This document shows positions 14,301 through 28,494 of a stretch of DNA of 64,000 bases, piece by piece. The notes below the pieces were generated by a model. That model did no database searches and had not been told where the DNA came from. It saw only the letters and a program-made list of their open reading frames with translations. The DNA is taken from assembly GCF_006345805.1 (NCBI RefSeq), contig NC_042999.1:71920001-71984000 (forward strand). Direction: 5' to 3'. This DNA comes from Octopus sinensis. Lineage: Eukaryota. The translations under genes and the position numbers were made by a program. The number at the start of each line of letters is the position of its first letter. Within the stretch, counting starts at the first letter, position 1.

Positions 14301-15158
14301 CAGGATAAATATATTTATAAACTAATACTTCGTTTATGATATACTTTACTTCTAGGACTTAAAGCGTGTAACATAATGAGTTATTCATAGCTTTTTGCAT
14401 TAAATGGATTTTTTTGTTAAGGTCCATTTTTGTTTGTTTTCACCTTTACAGGCACTACCGAGTGCCCTAAACTTCGAAATATATCATACGCAAAGCATAT
14501 CTACTAAATTCTTCATTAAGCACTTAATTGCGTCAAATAACATTATTTTGCTTCCAGAAATAAAAGAAATTAATATTTTAAACTGCTGGTGTGTATTTAC
14601 TATCGACACATCTGTGCGTGTGTGTGTGTGTTTGTAAAATGCGCGTGTGTGTTGTGTGTGTTTGTATGCGTATGTGTTGTGTGTGTGTGTGTCTGTGTGT
14701 GTACTTACAGCCCTTGTGCGTTAAAACCCATTGAACCAGGATATGAATTACCAGGCACAATAATGTTGACATTATTCAGAACTCAGCTTTATAATACGTT
14801 TTTATACAGATTTTAAAAGAGGAGACTTCTCTGAGACATCAATATCGCAATGAACGGTTTCCATGTTATAATGAACAGGAAACTGTTAGATATTAATCTA
14901 CACATCGTTATTTACATCGACATTGTTTCGTGTACAACATTAATAACAGATTTCAATACACAAACTCACAAACTGCCGAACGAGTTAGTACTTTACAAAA
15001 AGTAAAGTAAACCTCGATCCCATAAGAGATGTGGAAAAAAAAAGAGCTTAGAAGATTGGGTAAATACCCTAATATACATACATACATGCATGCATACACA
15101 CACACACACATACATACATACATACATACATACATACATACATACATACATACATACA

Positions 15159-15191
<33 letters not shown>

Positions 15192-15194
15192 GTA

Positions 15195-15350
15195 TGTAGC
15201 TGTGTGGTAAGAAGCTTGCTTTCGAACCTCATGGTTCTGGGTTCAGTCCCACTACGTGGTACCTTGAGTAACTATCTTCTACTATAGCCTCAGGTCGACG
15301 AAAGCCTTGTGAGTAGATTTTATAGATGGAAACTGGAAGAAGCCCGTCGC
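15195..15350 (+). mobile_element. tRNA-derived SINE family A (CORE-like), 5' part
   Basis: GCTGTGTGGTAAGAAGCTTGC...GGTTCAGTCCCACT...CCTTGAGTAACT..., same family as 32168-32623. Confidence 0.85.
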
Positions 15351-15392
<42 letters not shown>

Positions 15393-15401
15393 ATGTGTGT
15401 G

Positions 15402-15438
<37 letters not shown>

Positions 15439-16114
15439 CTTTGTTGGATGGACCACAACTAGTTGCACAGTACTCATCCCATCCAGGAAGAATCCATGAA
15501 GGATGCCTCGAAACTATCGTTGTGAGCAACGTATATTCCATTTAACCGTCGCTTTCATTTGTTATATACACATACATATATATATATATATATATATTTA
15601 AATGACATCGAAATGAAAACAGGAAAAAAGAAAAGGTTTTATCGTTGTGGACAGAAAGGAAAATAAAAACGGGGGAGAAAATATATAATAGGAGACGATA
15701 ATCTGAATTGAAACGGAGAAAGTGAACAAAAGAAGGAAATGAAAATAGAGATGTAAGGTTAAAATATTTGTAAAAACATCGTTGAATTCTTTATGATATT
15801 CCAGAAATAGAAAGACTACTATTGTTTACGTAAATAAAAGAACGTTGATTACTGGAGACATACGTGGCATTGTTATTACAGAAAATTATTGTCCACTTAA
15901 TGACACTTGGTATTCAAAATCGAATTTATATTGCAAAAGTTAATCAGTATAAACAAATGTTTAAAATTGAGGAAGCTAAGTGTAGGTTGGTTCTAAAACA
16001 ATGAAGTACAGGAAATGACATACCATACAGTCAAAATACACACACACACACACAAACACACACACATACACACACAGGCACACACACGCACACACAAATA
16101 TATATATATATATA

Positions 16115-16295
16115 ATCTTTTACTTGTTTCAGTCATTAATTAAATTGCGGCCATAATGCAGCACTAACTTGAAAATTTTTTAGTCGAATGAATCGACTCC
16201 AGAACTTTTTTAAGCCGGATACCTATTGCATCAGTCTTTTTTCCGGAGCCACTAAGTTACGTGAGCGTAAATACATCAACACCGGCTATCAAGAA
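16115..16295 (-). mobile_element. SINE family A, 3' half
   Basis: CTTTTACTTGTTTCAGTCATT...CTAAGTTACG...ACACCGGCTATCAAG is the reverse complement of the 3' part of 32168-32623. Confidence 0.7.
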
Positions 16296-16314
16296 ACGTA
16301 GATGTGATATATAT

Positions 16315-17290
16315 ATATCAATTTTGCAATGCCCTTTGATAAGAGTTAAACACGCGATGATATGCCACAAGCTACGGAGACTTGGCATAGTCGGAAAATC
16401 GGGAGAATGGTTACATGACTTCTGACTTCTTAGAAGAGGGTTGTGGCGCCCTCTTCAAGGAGGTTGTAAATCGGGTGGAGTGTCACAGAGAAATGTCATG
16501 TGGCCGCTGAATTTTATGGTAACGCTTTTGGACACGCCATCAGTTATACGGACAGCCACACTTACTAGCTATGCCGACGACACAAAAGTAGTAAAAGCAA
16601 TCAATGAACCTCTCGATGCTAATCTTCTATAAAAAAAACCGAGGTGCTATATATAAATGGGCTGAAGAAAAAAGGTGCAGTTTAACGCAATTTAGACAAC
16701 CACTAACATGCTGCAACGAAGATGCTTTGGACCAAAGGAAGCGGGAATACCAGATGCAAGTACAGTCTGTGATCTGGGGAATGATATGAGCTACAACGCC
16801 TCATTTCGTGTACATGTCACGAAGATGGTGGCAATGTGAATTTTGAGAACTTTCAAAACAAGGGGGCGGGAAACTATACTGTTTCTATGGAGAACATTTC
16901 AGGCATCTTAGCTACTGCACCTAATTGTGGTGATGCATAAAGTCAAATTACCGGCCTAAACTTGAAGCAGTTCAGGCTGGTAAGGAAGATTGCCTTAGTG
17001 GGACAGATAAGCTACTGGGAGAGTCTGGAGGAAATATGAGGGAGACATGCGGTGATATACATATGAAAGATCCTAGAGAATTTGGCACCAAGCTTGGCAT
17101 CGAGTTATACCCATCCCTGAACTGGACGTCACTGCACTGTTCCAAAGTCCCCAGTCATCCTGTCTAGAGAAAAGAACATGTATTATAATAACTTTGTGTT
17201 CAAAGGCCCACAGCAATTTAATATTTTGCCAAAACATCTGAGAAGTTTATATAGAATAAGGGGTATATGTTTTCATGAAACAACTTGACC
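16315..17290 (+). mobile_element. Degenerate CR1/L2-type LINE, RT and 3' end
   Basis: Frameshifted FA..FDK, CHKLRRLGIVGKSGEWLHDF, SGGVSQ and TLTSYADDTKV (YADD motif). Confidence 0.8.
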
Positions 17291-17772
17291 ATGTTAATAT
17301 ATGTATATGCGTAAGTGTGCTAAGTAATTTGAGATCCGAATAAAATGAATTAGTAGATGCTAAGGCAATTAAATGTACATTAAATTCATCAATAGCGCTG
17401 TATAATATTTAGTCTTACAGAAATTAAGCTGATAGCTAGAAGGAAAAAACATATCAAGTGTGGACTAGTTAAATACCCGAATTAGATAATTTTGCATGTG
17501 TGTTTTATATATTATTCGGATGATTTAAGTGTACGAGGAAATAAATAGGATTGAAATAATGCTGAATAATAATAAAATCATGAAATATAATTGCCCTAAT
17601 TATATAACACAGACGTGAAAAATAGATGAACTGGTTGAATAGGTATATGCATAAATTTAAAATGAAAATAATAAACATTAAGTCATTCAATTATGAAATC
17701 TCTCCATCTATGTATATGTATGTATATATACATATGCATATATATGTATGTATTTATACATATGCATACATA

Positions 17773-17791
17773 TGTATCTCTCACCGTCTCT

Positions 17792-17836
<45 letters not shown>

Positions 17837-17858
17837 AAGAGAGACGGTGAGAGATACA
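17773..17858. repeat. Perfect inverted duplication centred on a (TA)n tract
   Basis: TGTATCTCTCACCGTCTCTCTTTATATATATA ...(TA)n... TATATATATAAAGAGAGACGGTGAGAGATACA. Confidence 0.9.
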
Positions 17859-17928
17859 CACATACACATGTATACTAATGTTATTTTTTTATGTCAAGTT
17901 ATATATAGAAAAAAAACATTTAATATTA

Positions 17929-18304
17929 AAGTGATGGGTAACACAATGCCTTTTACTAGCGTATATGTTTATTAAATTGTCAATATTTTCCTTGTCAAAG
18001 TTTAACAACCCATTCACTATATTTTGCCATGGAGAAAATTTCTCGCAGTTGACAAATGGTGTCCATACACCTAAATCAGTCCGCAGCACTACCTTATCTA
18101 GATTCGGAGATGCAAGCATTTCGGAATGGCTATCTCACAGACTAGACAGATGGCGCTGCGAACTGATCTAAGTGTATTTACACCACTTGTCTACAGTGAG
18201 AAATTTTATCCATGACAAAACACGGTGAATGACTTATTTATGAGTCCAAACGTTCCACATGAATATTTGAACTAGTAATAACATTGCATTTATACACATC
18301 ACTG
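17929..18304. mobile_element. Foldback MITE with long degenerate TIRs
   Basis: 18012-18101 is the near reverse complement of ~18142-18231. Outer AGTGATG.GTA...TTACTAG and CTAGTAA...CATCACT also pair. Confidence 0.75.
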
Positions 18305-18729
18305 CTTAGCGCTCCCCACTCCGTAGTGTATGAAATTATGCTAATAATAATGGACTCATCAGTATACAGTTATAAAGGATAAATCACAGCGACCGAAACA
18401 ATGAGACTGCTTCTGGCCTAGATTTCCCAACCGCCTTTTTTCTCGAGCAAAATGACTATGATGATTTTTTTTCTATCGTCACATTGCATGTTAAATCCCG
18501 TCTTCCGCGACAAGAAAATCTGATTTTCTAGTTTAAATATTTGTTAACGAGCATCCTGCCCGAAGGATTAATTTAAAACGGAGTAATTTAGAATGGTTCA
18601 CAGTGTGTCACGAGGCAGAATAATACAGATGCAGAACAGGACAAGATTGGTATAGGAAATACAAATAGTTTTATGCTGATCTCGCCTTAGGACTCAGCCT
18701 ACGTTATTTCTGCTGAAGTTTGTCTAATA

Positions 18730-18937
18730 ATTCTTTCTGCTATAGGAACAAAGCCTAAATTTTGAGTAGGGACGGGGAGTGGCCGATTACATCAGTCCTA
18801 GGGTTCAACTGGTACATATTTCATCCAACTCCGAAAGGATGAAACACATAGTCGGTCTTGGCGGAATTTGAACTGAGAACGTAATGAGAGACGAAACACC
18901 GTTTAGCATTTTGTCCGGTGTACGAACGACTCTGCCA
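18730..18937 (-). mobile_element. SINE family B
   Basis: CCGAAAGGATGAAA..GTCG..GGCGGAATTTGAACTGAGAACG..CTGCCA. Confidence 0.8.
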
Positions 18938-19552
18938 TAAATTTATCTAATATCAGACAAACGCCGAAGCGGATTGTAAATAGCAGTGAGATTACACGTA
19001 ATCCTATATATAACTGCAGTATGAGGCTTTAATCCATCAGCTGTCACAATCGAAATTTTGGAACAGTTCTACGCTGTGCTTGTCTGTATTGATGCATGTA
19101 TATGCGTTTATATACGTGTTAGTTTGCGCTTATGAATTGTGATGAGAATTGCGGATCATTCTACGTAGGGGTTCGGTTTTGCTTAATATCTTGGAGTTAT
19201 GGCCAGTACAGAATATAATGTACCCGGATGTTTGTGAGCTCCCACGTAAGGCTTTATATAGATAAATTTTTTGTATGTTTTTCTTTGTGCGCGTGTGTAC
19301 TATTTTGTTTGTGAGTGCTAATGTTATTGCTCTGATTAGTCGGAAAAGTGTCAGAAAAAGTGTTTGTGTGCGTATGTATGTCCACGTTTTGTGTGCATGT
19401 TTTTTTTGTAGGTTGTATATCGGAATGTATATGCTAATGCCTGTTTTTTTACCCTTTTCTCCATTGACGCAACAGTTTGTTGTTTCAGCAATGAAGAAGC
19501 ATACAATAGCGTCAAAGATTAGATAAGATATACACACGCATTTTTATATTTA

Positions 19553-20430
19553 CTAGGTCTGATCAATAAGTATCCAGACTATTCCCATACTACAAAGCTA
19601 TAGCACGCAGAGTAAAGCCGCTTGGCAAAGATTGACCTTGCACTCTGCTGTGCATGCGCACTAAGTTTTAACGTTGTAGCTCACTTCTGCCGTTCGCAGC
19701 AGGGGTTGGAAGGAACGTGTTTACTGTGTGATCGTCGCATTGAGCGTGGCAGAGACAGGTGTCATGGAGATACCTGCTCAGAGGCCTACGCAAAGTTGCA
19801 GAAAAATTATGGCGAGGAGTGTATGAACCGCACACAAGTGTACGAGTGTTTCAGACGTTTCCAAGATGGCCGAAAATATTCCGATAGTGATGCAGGCAAG
19901 CAGTAGAACTCAGAAAAACATCATATACGTGCATGCAGCTGTGAGGGGAAATTGTTGAATCACCATTTGTGAGTTATCAGATTATATACAGATTAGTTAT
20001 GGTTCAGTCCAGTCCATTATCACTGAAGATTTGGGTATGAGTCGCGTGTCTGTCGAGTTTGTGCCGAAACTGCTTTCAGCTGACTAAAAAGTCACTCAGG
20101 TTTCAGTTGCACAAAATCTCCTTGATTGTGTCCTGAACGATGAAAACATTTTGAAAACTTTGCGTAGGGCTCCGAGTCAGTATCACCAAGCTTTTGGCAA
20201 AATTTGATGCAGATTCCCTGCTCAACTTTCTCTGTCATGGCCATGCGACGATCACAAGCTACACACGTTCATTCCAGGCACCGTTGTAAACAGCGAAAGT
20301 GAGGTAGAACGTTAAAACTTAATGTGCATGTACAGCAAAGTTAAAGGTCAATCTGTGTCAAACGGCTTTACTCTGCGTGATTTAGCCTTGTTACTATAGC
20401 AACAGTCCGAATACTTAATGACCAGATCAG
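19553..20430 (+). mobile_element. Internally deleted mariner-family DNA transposon with ~125-bp TIRs
   Basis: TIRs GGTCTGATCAATAAGTATCCAGACT...TAAGTTTTAACGTT and AACGTTAAAACTTA...AGTCCGAATACTTAATGACCAGA. HTH remnant SEAYAKLQKNYGEECMNRTQVYECFRRFQDGR, then LGMSRVSVEFVPKLLS. Confidence 0.85.
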
Positions 20431-20440
20431 ATCATGTATA

Positions 20441-20484
<44 letters not shown>

Positions 20485-20929
20485 CGTGTGTGTGTGTGTG
20501 TGTGTGTGCGCGTGTGTCTGTGTGCCTGTGTCTGTATCTGTGTCTGTGTCTGTATCTGTGTCTGTGTGTGTGTGTAGCGTCATACTGTATACACATTTAG
20601 TGTATACTTTAGAATAACACAGATAAATTTATATGCGTTGGATGAAAGTGCAATTTATTTAAAATCCTTTTCTGCATTTTAATCTATGACAGTATTTTAG
20701 ATGAATTAACCTGATAATAACACACTGATTTATTCTTAACGCAAGAAGTACATATATGATAAGTGTGGGTGTAAGAATACGCTATAGTAAGCATAAACTA
20801 AGGGGTTGTATATTATGATCACCAAACAAATGTAAAATTATATGAAAATATACAAAAATCAGGACAAAATATAATTAGATTAATTTTAAAAAACGAAAAA
20901 TATGTGCGATCCGCATTAATCAGAAATAA

Positions 20930-22015
20930 ACTTCAAATTTGGATGAAAGCGCCTCTGGGTCTGTCTGTCTTCCATTCTTGACTCTCCGTAATTAACAGAT
21001 AACCTCCATTGAATATGTGCAATTTGTTCAGAATAACTGTCTGGAACTCAGCTGTAATAAGATAGTGCATGTATTCTCTACCGTCGGCGGTGGAATGATC
21101 TTCATGCCGTGTATTTTGAACATCTGTTTTGGAGTTTAACACTTGTTCGCTCCTTTCGTTGACGGCCACATATTTCCACTTCCTTTTAAACCCACCCCTC
21201 ATCGTTCTTCGACCTGTTTATCTTAGCAAGATAGTAGATAGGGGGCGGTAGTCCTGCGAGAAGTTCTTTTTCTCCTAGTTGTTGGTCAACTGGCCAGTAG
21301 TATCCTCGTCATCGGTTTCCTGGCTACCAGCCACTGGCACGAAGGATGTGTTTCTCCGCTATATACAGACCGACAACCAGCGGGTATCTGGAAACAAAAG
21401 ATTTTGTACTGTTGCTTCTGGTGTACTGCTACCCGTCGCTGTCTGTTCCCATCAGCCTTCCCAACTTCAAAGGGTAGAATGGCCTCAAGACCCCTTATTG
21501 ACACATATTAAACAGCCGAGCTTTCTGATATGCACTACAATTACTATTGCTTTTCTTTCTGTATTTTGATGGGTTACAGCCCTGAGATATCTGTGAGGTG
21601 GATGTTAATCCCAGCCGACTACGTATATAATTTTATAATCTTGGTGGTTGACACCCAGAACGTGCGGCGATACGACAACAACGGGGGTTCTAAACGGAGC
21701 ACTGAAATTATCGAGTGTTTTATACGTTCGCAACAGAGAGTCGGAATTCTTTTATTGAGTTGGAGCAGAAGCGCTAACACTACGACTGTACTTTTCATTC
21801 GATTCTATAAACATCTCTACGGTCTACACTGAAACATGAATTAGTGTATCCACTGTAAAACATTATGCTGTTCCCCATGAATTCAAACCAACTCATTAAA
21901 GAATTTCAACACAGCAATGCATAATGCAAACTAAAATAAAAATATGAAACATTGTCACTTTTACAGTTCATATTCGTTTCACATTAAGCACCTTCCACTA
22001 CCAGGGTCACTATAC
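20930..22015 (-). mobile_element. Degenerate Gypsy (Mag-like) gag region relic
   Basis: Minus-strand PBS-like TAGTGACCC near 22003-22011, followed by eroded gag-like segments (YVVG; a Cys/His-box-like remnant). Many disruptions. Confidence 0.3.
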
Positions 22016-22343
22016 ACAACACTAATCATCCGGTGATGGCGTGACACTGTATCTGTACGGTTAACTACTACTCTCACGATACACTAACACATTCAATAAT
22101 TCGGACGCTTAATTCTTATTTTATCGCAAAAGCAAAAGAAAATATTAATAACGATCTGATATGATGTCAGCTGTTTTCAAACTGCACCCCTCCGCAACAC
22201 ACGCTCGCGCGCGCACGCATTCATACTATTGTGCAGCGCTCTGACCACCAAGTAACGCGTTTCCATATAATATAATAGCATAGAGAGAACTGTATTGCTT
22301 ATTCTTTTATTAAATGCTCACACTTTTCTATTTTCTGTTCCAG

Positions 22344-22460
22344 AAACATATGACTGTCCTCCGGGACACCGAAAATGTCGAGGAGGGCAATGTATCGCAG
22401 AAAATAAATGGTGTGACTTTTGGAGAGATTGTCCTGATAATTCAGATGAAGAAGACTGCG
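22344..22460 (+). CDS. Internal coding exon, LDLa module 1 of a GRL101-like LDLa-repeat receptor
   Basis: Polypyrimidine+CAG acceptor, 117 bp, phase 1-1, GTAATT donor. Encodes [38 protein letters not shown] (6 Cys, canonical DCxDxSDE). Confidence 0.93.
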
Positions 22461-22859
22461 GTAATTTTATTTCTAATCTTTCAATTCTAATCTTTATCTA
22501 TTGCAGTTGCTTTCTAAATATAATTATTTTTCCAATGTGTATTGTATGGTGTTAAATATGTGAGGTAGTGACTGGCAACGTGTCGATTTTAATGATTTTT
22601 ATAGGTTTAAAGCTAATGTATTTATTTATGTACTGGGTTATAGCAGACACCATAAAACAGGACGTTCTCGATGAATCGGTGTCACGATTCAGTGGTTTCA
22701 ATTTCTGGAGAAGCACCACTACATATATTTATGCTGCTAATGTGTCTTTTAGATAAAACCTACTAAAAGCTGATTCAAAGGCATGTTTCGATTACTATTT
22801 GAAGCTAAGTTTCCAATATTTGTGTAAAATACATGAACGCCACAAACATATATTTACCT

Positions 22860-23245
22860 TCACATACAGATATATGATACTGAGAGTATTATTTCAATAC
22901 TTTGGTGGATGGAGTGAACTATTTGCTCGATGCTCTCCATAGTGTTAGCTTCTAGATCATCAGCATTGTCTTGTAGGGAAGCTTTGGCTAACATGTTGAT
23001 ATCATCCACATAGCGGAAATACATGGTTAAGTTTATGGAGTTTTCTGCTAATTTCTCTTTTCCTCCTGTCCCTCCATACCATAGATAGGTGAGCCACATC
23101 GCCAGCGATACTGACACCGATGGCTGCACCTTCCACTTGGGCGTATATTTTGTTATTAAACTTAAATATATGGTCCTTGCGTGTGCTCTTGGTACTCGCA
23201 CGCACCGCATGTGCGATCATTGTTTTCGGGGGTCTTCTTGGCCAT
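22860..23245 (-). mobile_element. Penelope-like element RT fragment
   Basis: DHIFKFNNKIYAQVEGAAIGVSIAGDVAHLSM and YFRYVDDINML in adjacent frames. Confidence 0.8.
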
Positions 23246-23249
23246 AGAA

Positions 23250-23592
23250 TTTATAAGCCTAGTACTTATTCTATCGGTGTCTTTTGCTGAACCGCTAAGT
23301 TACGAGTACGTAAACACACCAACACCGATTGTCAAGAGGTAAAGGGGAGACAAATACAGACTAAAAGACACACACACATATACATACACACACACACCCG
23401 CATACATATATATATATATATATGCACGTGACAGGCTTTATTCAGTTTCCGTCTACCAAATCCACTCACAAGACTTTGGTCACCAGAGGCTATAGTAGAA
23501 GAAACGCGCCCAGGTTGACATGCAGTGGGGCTGAGCACCGTAAACATATGGTCGTGAAGCAAGTTTCTTACCAGACAGCCACGCTTGCGCCT
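23250..23592 (-). mobile_element. SINE family A
   Basis: TTCAGTTTCCGTCTACCAAATCCACTCACAAG...CTATAGTAGAAGA...CTTACCAGACAGCCAC..GCGCCT. Confidence 0.85.
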
Positions 23593-23611
23593 ATGCACAC
23601 ACACACACACA

Positions 23612-23707
<96 letters not shown>

Positions 23708-26700
23708 CATATATATATTTATGTATATATATGCATGTATATGAGATGAAAAACTTCACACAGATACCTAAGAGTACTACATTGAATTTACTATGCTGAA
23801 AATAACGTATGTATTTTTCTTATATATATAAAGTTATGTGCACTCAATAAACTAGATAAGCTTCATTAGATTATCCATTTGACATGCGAAGCCCTGTTGC
23901 AAAGTAAAAGAAACTAGCTGTTTATTCTGTTGTTTTATTGTCGATAACCTATTCAAACAGTAATTCCTTTTGCAGAACACCTGAATGCCTTGTCCCTCTT
24001 ATTCCTGGTTTCTGTAGTGACAAAATGATAAATATATCCCCCTGTATGAAATATCAGTGCTTCAAACAAATTTCCTTCAAGTTTAGGAACCTATTTCCCT
24101 CGATTTGGTCAACTGCGACACGCACGGTAAATTACTTTGCGTAAGCGCAAACCGAAAAGCTTGTAGATTTTAGTTATTCGATACAGAAAAATACTTAAAC
24201 GATGAAAAAAAAATCGATAATTTTCATTGATTTCTTTAAGGATCGACAAGACTATATTGTGTTGTGGTTGTATATACTGTTAGATGTAGTAGAGTATATG
24301 AAAACTTATCTAACGGTGTTTAGATTTGTCTTTTTATATCCAAAGATCAAAACTAACGTGGGCCTACTTTCCTCCATCAGGGATTAAATCAGGAATTAAA
24401 GTTGGTGTTAGCCACTGTTGCCAGATCCAATATTCTCAGTCGTGTCTTTATGTTAGAAAACCCAGCAGCATAGTCATAAATGAAACCAATAAAAGCATGT
24501 AATTAGTATCATAAATAAAATATCTCTGGTGAATTGAAACCCAGACATAGAGAGACGAGGCAAATAATCTTAAAACTATTAATCGAGTGCTCTACTTTCT
24601 TGTATTGTTTCACTGTGATCAAATTCATGAATAAAGAAAGCTGCAACCACAATGTTATGACTGTTCTGTCATTCGGACATGGTTTTAATCTTTCATTGAC
24701 ATGAGACTATTTTATTTACACCGATAATGCCGTTAGAAAAGCGTGAACGTTATAAAAGGAAAAAAAAACCCTAGACTATCTTCTGATAAATGCTGAGCCT
24801 TGTAACCTGTCAAAAAATGTAATGATATTGGCGTGAGCGTTGCAATTTCAAACCCCAGTAGAGATTAGTTTACGCTTGGCAAGTTATAGATGTCACAAAA
24901 CCAATTCCCTTCTCCTCTTGAAATATATAGCATTTGTTAAACAAAGACTGCATAATTTCATTAAAAAGGAAAGTGAATTGATTTATGGTTGAAGAAATAT
25001 GATGGAAAATTTATGAATGAGAAATAAGATGAATAACAATACAGAACACATGAAGAGGGGAGGAGGGTTGAATCGTTATGAATTCATTTCCGTAAATAAT
25101 CATCGATTCTGAGTGACTGCAATAAAGTCTTATATATTAGAAAACGGATATAAAATTCTACATTTATGTGTTGCTCTTTTATTAACATTTATAGCCCACT
25201 TCGCCAGTGTTTCTAATTATATCATATTTAAGAATTAGCAACACGTTTGAAATGACATTTAAATTTGTGACGCTTTGAAAGTGTGATTAGTGGCAATCAT
25301 GTGAGAGTAATAATACTTGCTTCATGATACCATTCTCACATTATATTTCCCTTTCAGTGACTGATCAGCCATGATTTAGTGGGAAAATTGGTAAATTTTT
25401 TCGCTAAATTACCTCAGTTTTATTCAGCCACAAGAAATGGGCTAAATTAGCTTCTGGTGGGTAGACAGAATATTAGACAATCAGAAAAAGAACCAATTTA
25501 GTGTTTTGGTAATGTGTTCACAACTTGTCAATTGTCAACACGATTTTCTCCGGCTGGTTTATCATACATTTATATAAATAATTGGTAGAAAAAAACTGAC
25601 TGCTGTAAATAGAGGAAAATGGAATGTAATTCATTTGGAGTTGTCATGGAAAGGCCATAATCTAGGGCAGTAGAATGGAAGGTGTCAGTAATACCAGTAT
25701 TACATATGTGTTGCCTTCAAACAATTAATATAAAATGATGATATGCTTCGCGTCCGTAAGAACTCGCCATAGGTGCACTGTAATATGAAGTATTGATCAG
25801 ATATTTTGCAGTAATAAGGGCAAGTCTTCTAGGTCTGAATCATTATATTATTTCTTACTCTGCTGCTCTGCTTCCCTCGTTAACGCAATGACGACTGTTC
25901 CCTGTCCAATCCTTGAAATTGCAAAAAAGAAAAAAACAAATCACACACACACACACACACACACGCACACACACACACACACACACACAAAACGTAATTA
26001 CATATGCTTTCAAGATGATTTGTGGTGTGTTCATGTGCTTATATCTGTGAAACAGAGTGATAAATTTGAAACTAAAGAATTATTGGTGTCTTAAAAGAAC
26101 ATAAAGAAAAATATTAACAGATAAAAGAAGTGTTAATTATATAAAAACCGTTCAATAAATCTCTTATCTGTCTCACTCATTATTCACATATGTTTTGCTG
26201 GCCATTAAAGTAATTATTGTTCTAAGGAACAGGTTGCCAAAAAATATAAAAAAGATCCATAAACAAATAAGTCACATTTTTGTAAAACAAAGTGTAGGGT
26301 TAGAAAAATAATCTAAACAATAAAATTCAACGTGTCCTGAATATCCTATGATAAATGTGCTAACGGTTCACAAAATCAGGATACTAAACTATTGGTAACT
26401 ACAATTAGCACAAAGCCACAAATTTTTATGTGAGCTAGTATAGTCGATCGAATTGATTTTAGTACATGCTTGGCATATATATTATCGACGTTGCGGCCAT
26501 GAAATATAAGATAATTTGATTCCCACATTACATATACAAAATCTATAAAGACTGTTTAGTTGGGTCTATTCTGAAATTTATTTGATAATATGACCTGAGG
26601 CTAAACAATAACCTCAACTGTGGTGTGATATAGTCCACTGCGCTGATTCTAGACTTTGCAATTGATGTTTGTGTAAGATATAACGCTCACGATTAAAGAG

Positions 26701-27179
26701 TTTACAGTTGATATACTTTTCACATGCTAAGGCATGGGGTTCACTCATAAAAAAAAAACATGTATTTATGGTCTGAATTATTAAAGCCCTTCTAAAATAC
26801 ATTAAAGCTAAACGATACGAACTGCAAGCGGAAAATGTAAATACATTTTCGCGTGATCTGATTCAAAGAACGTTCATCTTTTTTCACTGAATACATCAGC
26901 ATCATTTCTCATTATATTTTATCATGTTTTCGTGGCTATTATCACAGTATGGATTCAAAATGATAGCTACAAAAACAAAAACATACGCGTTAGAAAATAT
27001 ACCTGTGTTTATCTGTAAATGCCTTACGTATATGAATAATAGTATAAACACACTACTGTTTACAATTAATGAATATGTATAAGTCTGCGTGCGCACGCAC
27101 GTGTATTTGAGTATAAATCACGAAATATCTTCATCGCACGTATAATGTTTTTATTAAAAATATTTTTTAAAAAATTCAT

Positions 27180-28150
27180 TGAAACAATAATTATCATAAA
27201 TATGAGTAAATTATTTTTCAAAATAACGGTCTTGTTGCATTTAAACTCCGACATCTTCCTGTATATTTCTTCATCCATTTCCGAAAAAGAAATGTGTACA
27301 GTTCAGGGATGAATTATCTATGCATTATTCTTCTCACTTCTTGGTCTCACAGAAATCTGCAACCACTTAAGACATCTTTGAGTAAAGCAAACGAAATAGT
27401 GGTGAGCCGTAAGAACAATATTAGGACTATATAAAGGAAGCTCTTCGGATTTCAAAATGGCGTTTCTGGAAGATTTCAACAATGTGAGGAGATGTATGGG
27501 GAAAGGAGAGTTTTGTTGCACAACAGCACAATACTTTCAACAATAGCCCTTGATTTTTACTTAGATTAAGAATCCTTAGTTTTTCACGCAGCAGCTCGCT
27601 ACAACGAGCACTCTCCGCTGTTTAGTATATCTCGTGATATCTTTACGTATTGATCCTTACGAACATCAATGTCAGCATCAATTTTTTTGTTGTTAGTGAG
27701 ACTTCGAACACTTTCCTAACAGACGGATGTTTCTTTTCCGCACTCTGATACTCTGGCATTCACTTTGCGGTTCATGCAGCAACATATAGGTTTCGTAGCA
27801 GCAAATATCTTTCTAAAGCAAGTGTCACTTTCGTTACCATGGCGATCAGACAGTCATTGACTGATTTCAAAACAATTCTGTTTATGCAGTTACTTCACAT
27901 TTTGTAACACATCTTGTACAAACACTCCTAAAAACCAATCTGTCGCCGATAACTTCGTAGAAAAATATGACAAATATGCATATAATTTTCCACGTCATCA
28001 ATATCCATCCATTGACCTACAGAACAATATCATAAACATCATCAGCAAGGATAGTGCCGCGTCAGCTTTTATATGTGTGATATTTATGAGAACGATTAGA
28101 AAATTTTCTGCCCATTCTTAAACAATCTGAAGTAGTATCCCTATGTTCTT
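27180..28150 (-). mobile_element. Degenerate mariner transposase relic
   Basis: LPLYSPNIVLTAHHYF resembles HPPYSPDLAPSDYHLF. Limits approximate. Confidence 0.55.
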
Positions 28151-28409
28151 TTATTCCGTCATGAGCTCTTTATTGCTTTAAAATAAACTGTAAATGGACG
28201 GTTAACTTAATAACGATATATATATGTATATATATATATATATATATAAATACACGGATATGTGACATTATATCCGTGTCGGAGTCACTGAAGAGATAGA
28301 TAATCTAGTAATGCCCAGGAAGCTAATTTTCAAGTTAATAGGAAAAACCCGGAACCATGTGGTTGGGAAGCAAGCTTTTTACCACACGAGCATTCTTGCA
28401 CCTTATATG

Positions 28410-28484
<75 letters not shown>

Positions 28485-28494
28485 TATATATAAG

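Noticed and set aside
14450-14510. Candidate extra exons after good acceptors (also ~56010, ~60070, ~63481)
   Set aside because: Stops in the phase-1 frame, or no Cys pattern or compatible donor.
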